Shown here: positions 57,040 through 64,000 of the stretch, one piece after another
Position numbering within the stretch: position 1 is the first letter of the stretch
Layout: each line of letters starts with the position of its first letter
From: Chrysomallon squamiferum
Lineage: Eukaryota; Animalia; Mollusca
Assembly: GCA_012295275.1 (NCBI GenBank)
Contig: CM022672.1
Location: forward strand, 31,496,001 to 31,560,000
Reading direction: 5' to 3'
Length of the DNA stretch: 64,000 nucleotides
The notes under the pieces: generated by a model
Databases searched by the model: none
Seen by the model: only the letters and a program-made list of their open reading frames with translations
What the model was told of the DNA's origin: nothing
Made by a program: the position numbers and the translations under genes

Positions 57040-60000
57040 TCAGCAGTCGGTCTCGACTCTTCGTTTCACGTCTCTGGGTTTTATTCTCTGCGAGATCTGC
57101 CACAACGTCTCCTCACTCAGGTAGTTGTCGAAGTTGTTGAAAAACTGCAGAATCTTCTCATTCTTCTTGAAACCATAGTTACTGAAACAAAATGTAAAAT
57201 CTTTTTTTAAAATTACTGAAATAAAATTTAAACTTTTTTTAAAATTACTGAAATAAAATTTAAATCTTTTTTAAAATTACTGAAACAAATTTTAAACTCT
57301 TTTTTTAAAATTACTGAAACAAAATTTAAACTTTGTAAAATTACTGAAACAAAATTTAAAATCTTTTTAAAAAATCTGAAATAAAATTTAAAATCTTTTT
57401 AAAATTACTGAAATAAAATTTATCCTTTTTAAAAATTACTGAAATAAAATTTAAACCTTTTTGTAAAATTACTGAAATAAAATTTAAACTCTTTTTGTAA
57501 AATTTAAACTTGTAAAATTACTGAAATATAATTGAAACTCTTTTGTAAAATTACTGAAATAAAATTTTAATATCTTTGAAAATTTATTGTCATTTTTAAA
57601 AAATATTTTTGTAAAATTAACTGAAATAAAAATAAAAATCTTTGTAACATTACTGAAATAATATTTAAAATATTTGTAAAATTACTGCAGGAAAAGTTTA
57701 AATCATTGTAAAATACATTCTGTGAAATTATATTTTCTGCAGTTTCATCATCATCATTGTTATGAATTACTTGTTTTAATGCAATAAATGTTAACTGACT
57801 GTTGAACAAATTTCTAAAACTGGATTTTAAAAAAATTTATAAAGAAATCTTTTCTTGATTATCATCAATAATATTATTTACTGTAAAATGAAAACCAGTC
57901 ACAGACTTTGTACTTACCATTTTTTGAATCGTCGCATTCCATCAAGAATATTAAACTGTTGCCATCGTTTGGCCATGTTGATGCTGCCGTCAGGTAACAA
58001 ATCCTGGTTTCCTATCTTGACAAACGTTAGATCTTGTAATATCAGTCCTCTGTGAAAATTACAAAACAAAATTTAAAATGGCTTCTTGCACAAGAATTAG
58101 TAAATTCTGCTAAAGAAAATAAATAAATAACAATTAAAAATAAACAGATATAAGTTACATGTTATGATTCATAGTGAAAATAAAGTCCCCTATTTTAAAT
58201 ATAAATAAACATTTTAAAAATTGTAATATATATATTTATATATTTCATTAAACACATTATTTTTTTCTTGCACTTTGTTGTCAATAATAATAATTAGGAA
58301 ATAAAAGATTAAGTAGATAAATATTGGGTTTGGGTACAATACAGCTGATATGTTACATACTGTTAAAATTAATTTTTATATGAATAACAGTAGTTATTAC
58401 ATAACAGATATTAAATGTGTGCTACAGCTCAGTACACATAACTCCTGTATAGATGCAATTTAAATATTAAATTCACAGATAATAAAATACTTTAATGGAA
58501 TGAAATGTATGTATATAACACCAAGTTAATGAACAGATAGCAAAAAATAATATGAAGTATAATATAATCATAAATGATATTTACAGGTATGATATATAGG
58601 TAATACTTACAGGAAAGGTATACAGTATATAATACTTACAGGTAAGGTATACAGTATATGATACTTACAGGTAAGGTATACAGTATATGATACTTACAGG
58701 TAAGATATACAGTATATGATACTTACAGGTAAGGTATACAGTATATGATACTTACAGGTAAGGTATACAGTATATGATACTTAAAGGTAAGGTATGCAGG
58801 TAATACTTACAGGTAAGGTATACAAGTAAAACTTTCAGGTAAGGTATACAGGTAAGACTTACAGGTAGGTAACACAGGTAAGGTATACAGATAAGGTATA
58901 CAGGTAATACTTACAGGTAAGGCACACAGGTAATACTTACAGGTAAGGTATACAAGTAATACAGGTAAGGTACACAGGTAATACTTACAGGTAAGGTATA
59001 CAGGGTGGTTCTGTTTCTGAGAGTGCCTGTCTGTAGGCACGGAATGAAGAAGAACTGTCTATGAGCTGACAGAATTCCTTCAGAGCCTGCAAGTACACAA
59101 ACAAAGCTTAAAACAGTATTTTATATTTTACTTTATACTGTGTTTTACTTTATATTGAATTTTATTTTATATTACATTTATTTTATATTGTGTTTTACTT
59201 TATATTGTATTTTATTTTATATGTATTTTATTTTATATTATTATTTTTTTATATCATAATAAATTTAATTTGCTGTTGCTCCTGTATATCATTTACTGAA
59301 TTTGTAAAGAGAAATTCTCACTGCAGTGATATGAACTGCTTGTGATGGAATACCAAGAATGAAATGAAGGGTTTGATAATGGGATGACTTGAAAGGAACA
59401 AAGTTGAAGAAAGGGAGTGACTGGGTGGAGTCACCCCAAGGTGAAAATGTAACCCTGAAGCATATTATGTAGACAGACAGATAGACAGACACACATACTT
59501 ATACACACATACAAACACACACACATACAGACGCACACACACACACCAATCCTACTTAAATCTGTCCACTGGACCAATTCTTAACTGAACCAATGTGTTT
59601 ACATCTTTAACCAAACAGCATGGTATGTGCTGTCTATGAGAAAATGTTAAAAAAAAACAAAAAAACTGAAACAAATTTCTCTCTCTCATAATCACGACTG
59701 AAAGTCATTTAACAAGCTAGTTATAAAATTATGTTTACAAACATCAACATACGACAGACACAAGTGAAAATAAAAGATTTTCCTGTTAGTGGGAAATCAA
59801 ACACATGATATGCCGAGTTCAGCCTTTCTTTAAGATAAACCTCTTACATGACTCAAACAACATAGACTACACTCTCGTTTCCAGAAATAAACCTATTACA
59901 TGACTGAAACAACATAGTCTACACCCTCCTTTCCTGAAATAAACCTACTACATGACTGAAACGACATAGTCTACACCCTCCTTTCCAGAAATAAACCTAA

Positions 60001-62519
60001 TACATGACTGAAACGACATAGTCTACACCCTCCTTTCCAGAAATAAACCTACTACATGACTGAAACGACATAGTCTACACCCTCCTTTCCAGAAATAAAC
60101 CTACTACACGACTGAAACAACAGTCTACACCCTCCTTTCCAGAAATAAACCTACTACATGACTGAAACAACATAGTCTACACCCTCCTTTCCTGAAATAA
60201 ACCTCTTACATGACTGAAACAAGTCTACACCCTCCTTTCCTGAAACAACATAGTCTACACCCTCCTTTCCGGAAGTAAACCTATTACACGACTGAAACAA
60301 CATAGTCTACACCCTCCTTTCCAGAAATAAACCTATTACATGACTGAAACAACATAGTCTACATCCTCCTTTCCTGAAACAAACCTATTACATGACTGAA
60401 ACAACATAGTCTACAGCCTCCTTTCCTGAAGTAAACGTACTATACACCATACACAAGGTAGTCTATAGCCTGCTGTACAGAATTTCATGATGAAACGATT
60501 TCTGAAACGTACTTTATAAAATAATAATTTTGACTAAATGAAAAAACTCACCTCTAAATTCTGTCTCTGCCATTCCAATCTGCGAACAGGAGCAGAGTCT
60601 AAAGCAGACAGGATTGCCAGGTACGAGTTGAAATTAGCCATCTTGCGAAGATGCTGAAATTTATAAACAAAATTTTTTAAAAATATTGATGATGTTTGTT
60701 ATTAGTTAATATCTTGTAAGCTTGCAATAATTAAGTAATAAAGACAAAGAAAATGATCGATAGATATAGATAGATAGAAAGAGATAGATAGATTAGATAA
60801 TAGATAGAGACAGACAGAAATGTAATAGACAGATAGATAAATTGTGTCTAAAGTGAAGAAATTAGTTTATAATGAAATATAAATAGTGTTTGACTGTTTG
60901 AACCCAAACCATCTAATATAATATATACTATACTATATATTATATATCTATAATTTTATATACAATGAAGGTCAAAGTTTAATTATTGGATATACAATAT
61001 GTCAAATCTGGTTATAACGTGGCCTTGGTCAGTTCACAGAATTACAGAATTAAGCTGTGTGCAAACCTTCATAATTTTGATGAATTTAATTAAACATTTT
61101 TCTCTCTCCTTCGGATCATCTTGAGTAAGAATTCTAGTTCGAACCCTGAAAAATAATAATAATAATTATATTACACACAAACACACACACACACACACAT
61201 GTATTTTTATACAAATTTTTGGTGTCATTATTTTTAAGCTTTTATATATTCCAGATATCAAAGAAATAATATTCATAATTATTTATACAATTATGAAAGA
61301 AGGCTAAAAACTCAAATATTAGCTGAGTCAAGTTAGACATTATGTTGAAGTGCTCTGTGAAGTGAACTATGTATAAAAATAACATAATACCAGTAAAACA
61401 TTTTGTTGAAGTGCTCTGTGAAGTGAGTTATGTATAAAAATAACATAATACCAGTAAGACATTTTGTTGAAGTGCTCTGAAAGTGTGTTTTAGGACTCAG
61501 TCTAAGCCCACAGGAGAACTTCAGGAATCTGTACAAGTAAAATAATCTACATTAGTCTACATTAATCTACATCAACAAAACTTCAGACACTTTTCAGAAA
61601 CAAGTGTCTTAAAAACTTGTCAAATATTTGACTGCAGATTTGATAACAAATCATAGAAGGAGTACGAGAACATGTTACATTCATAATGAGTATGTGTTTC
61701 TCTGTGTATGTAACTGAGAATGACGATGTGTATGAATGTATGTGACCTGTCACATCAAAATGGGTCTTAAGTGACATTTTGGCTGACTGGAATTATTAAA
61801 ACATTTTTTTTCAGTTTTGTAAGCTTCATTTGGTATCTCATTCATCTCTGTATTACACTGGTCATTTCTTGTTCAGGTATTTAAAAAAAAAGAGGTATTT
61901 GTATGTATATTTCTGTGTGCTTGTGTTTATGAGAGCATGAATATGCATTTGTGTTGTGTGATTACATGGGTTTCGTTGTTGTTTTTTAATGTTTGTATGT
62001 ATATATCTGTGTATGTGTGTCTGTGTGTATATGTGTCTGTCTATGTCTGTGTTTGTGTAAAGTGTGTATTTTGAGGTATAGTTGTATAAGCAGGTCTGAG
62101 TCAGATTTGAAAACATATACACGCTTACAAAGATATAATTCAGTTAAATACGACAGTTAAATACTGACATTTTACTAAAACAAGTTAAAACTGAAAACTG
62201 TGTTTACCTCTAATGTCTGAAACAGCTGAAAGTTTGTATGAAGTTAAATACTGATATTTTACTAAAACAAGTTAAAACTGTGTTTACCTCTATTCTCTGA
62301 AACAGTTCAGCATCCAGTAGAGTCATCTGTTCAGCTATGTCATGTGACTTGAAATGCAGCAAATCAGGCTGACTAAAATACAAAACATCCGAACTTATTT
62401 TTAATTTTATATTTAATTCAGTAAAGTACAAGATATAAAAAGTCAAGTTCATAATGATTTGTCTGAAATGCTTCAACAATCTGATTTTTTTTTAATCATT
62501 AACAACTTTTCTTCATGAG

Positions 62520-62574
<55 letters not shown>

Positions 62575-63006
62575 TATTAAATCAGACGTACGCTGAGTTC
62601 AGGTTGATTGACTGTATGGGGGCCTGGTTGTTTGCTTCTGACAGAGAATGCTGCCTCTTCTCACACTTCTCAATGAGAATGTTTCTCAAGATACGAGCAA
62701 ACGTCAGCTCCCCCTGACTGATGAGGTCAAACACCAAGTCCATCATCCTCTTAACCACTTCATCATCCAGCTCCATACAGCTGAAATAAAATAAAATACT
62801 TCATCATCTAACTCCATATAAATCTAAAATATCATTTGTCACATGGATAAATAAATAATTATTTTACCCACCATATAACAGCATTAAAAAAAAAAAAAAA
62901 TTACAATTTCATTTGTCAACAAATGTTATTTCTCTCTTTCAGCTCATTTACATTAACAATTTTATGAGTAGGAGTATGTGGATGTGAAGATAATATTTTA
63001 TTTTAC

Positions 63007-63075
<69 letters not shown>

Positions 63076-63133
63076 GTAATAATAATAATATAATAATAAT
63101 AATAATAATAGTAATAATAATAATAATAATAAC

Positions 63134-63169
<36 letters not shown>

Positions 63170-63593
63170 TTAAAAAAGCAATACGAAAATAAAATTCAAT
63201 TTCTGTCACACACATTACACAAACATTTTTCCAACCCTCCACCCCAAATCACTCAAGTTTGTCAAGAATTTTTAGAAACTGATACTTTCCTAATAACAAA
63301 GAAATATTTCACACATCAAAAACAAACAAAAATTCCTTGACTGAGGATCAGAGGATCAGAGGATCTATCAGTTGTATAAAAAAAATGAAGATTTCTCGAA
63401 AATTGAAAAAAACTGATTTACCCAAGCTCGTCAATCACTCTGATGAGAAGTGAGAAGGAATTTCTCCCCAGTCGCTTCTTGCTGTCTGTCGCATGCTGGA
63501 ACTTGTAGAATCGGTAAAGAAGCTTCTCTATCAGATCTTTCGGAGAGATGAAGGTTCGGTAAGTGGTGAGAAACGCTTCCTGGTATATAAACT
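57040..63593 (-). CDS. RAPGEF1: Rap guanine nucleotide exchange factor 1 (C3G), 3' exons: REM and CDC25 domains; the gene continues beyond the right edge
   Basis: Exons: 63422-63593 (FIYQEAFLTTYRTFISPKDLIEKLLYR...LLIRVIDELG), 62592-62780 (GELTFARILR), 62288-62372 (HFKSHDIAEQMTLLDAELFQRIE), 61452-61528 (IPEVLLWA...EHFNKMSYW, damaged), 61067-61145 (VRTRIL...IKFIKIMK), 60552-60653 (HLRKMANFNSYLAILSALDSAPVRRLEWQ), 58989-59086 (LIDSSSSFRAYRQAL...PPCIPYL), 57918-58049 (GLILQDLTFV...KRWQQFNILD), 57040-57181 (FFNNFDNYLSEETLWQIS...ETDC*). These motifs match remembered C3G sequence. Confidence 0.93.
57182..57690. repeat. ~30-bp minisatellite derived from the acceptor site of the last RAPGEF1 exon
   Basis: Unit aaaattactgaaataaaatttaaa(c)tttt, which reads ttttatttcag|taa on the minus strand like the true acceptor; ~15 copies. 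Confidence 0.85.
58575..59002. repeat. ~28-bp minisatellite derived from the RAPGEF1 exon end (CIPYL) plus donor site
   Basis: Unit tacttacaggtaaggtatacag, i.e. CTGTATACCTTACCT|GTAAGTA on the minus strand; ~15 copies. Confidence 0.9.
59830..60435. repeat. 52-bp intronic minisatellite (aaataaacctattacatgactgaaacaacatagtctacaccctcctttcctg), ~11-12 copies
   Basis: Direct reading. Confidence 0.9.
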
Positions 63594-63780
63594 CTGCAAA
63601 AAATGTGACGAAAAAAAAAAAAAAAAAAAAGGTCTGAAGATGGTGAATTATTTAAATTCAATATTAAAAAAATAATTTAAAAAAATATGAGGGGAACATT
63701 GTGATATTATTTACAATATTAAACAATGAAATTGAAAGATTTATGTGAGTATGTAAGTATATATATATATATATGTCTGT

Positions 63781-63818
<38 letters not shown>

Positions 63819-64000
63819 ATGTGTCTGTGAGCATGTGCATGTGTGTTAATTTATGAAAAGACTGCATGAAAAACGATCTGAATATTATTTTTAATTTAAT
63901 ATAGATACAATTATTCATATTAACATTTTTCTGATAAAAGACTATTATTTAAAAATTGATAAAACACTATAAAGAAATCTGACTTTTCTTTCGTTCATTC

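Noticed and set aside
59830-60435. Regular 52-bp array as CRISPR or coding repeat
   Set aside because: Whole units repeat with no unique spacers, and the array lies in a RAPGEF1 intron.
63431-63661. ORF-track protein RVYIPGSVSHH...
   Set aside because: Wrong frame; the overlapping frame encodes the RAPGEF1 REM domain (EAFLTTYRTF).

Overview
Eukaryotic, AT-rich, microsatellite-dense animal DNA. It is probably lophotrochozoan/molluscan, inferred from the 8-Cys chitin-binding domain style. Reading splice sites and phases by hand gives three intron-rich genes. (A) Minus strand, ATG at 13459, probably running off the left edge: a secreted peritrophin-like protein with a signal peptide, 8 chitin-binding type-2 (CBM14/peritrophin-A) exons and short Pro/Thr/Tyr-rich linker exons. 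(B) Plus strand, 19714-50061, divergent from A: a giant secreted chitin-binding mucin of roughly 3,400 aa, with a signal peptide, 21 CBM14 domains (15 near-identical tandem copies), one PAN/Apple domain, strictly periodic (Thr-Ser-X)n linkers and a truncated Cys-rich C-terminus. (C) Minus strand, 63593 to 57040: the 3' part (REM + CDC25 domain) of RAPGEF1/C3G. A and B are built from the same phase-1/2 CBM14 exon + phase-2/1 linker exon cassette. Notable extras are (GA)n/(TC)n tracts bracketing amplified exons, an intron lost by microhomology deletion, a 4.8-kb higher-order duplication, minisatellites seeded on splice sites, a relic pseudo-exon, and several frameshift/stop lesions that may be assembly errors. 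No RNA genes, CRISPR arrays or recognisable transposon ORFs were found. Most ORF-track entries are microsatellite artefacts.
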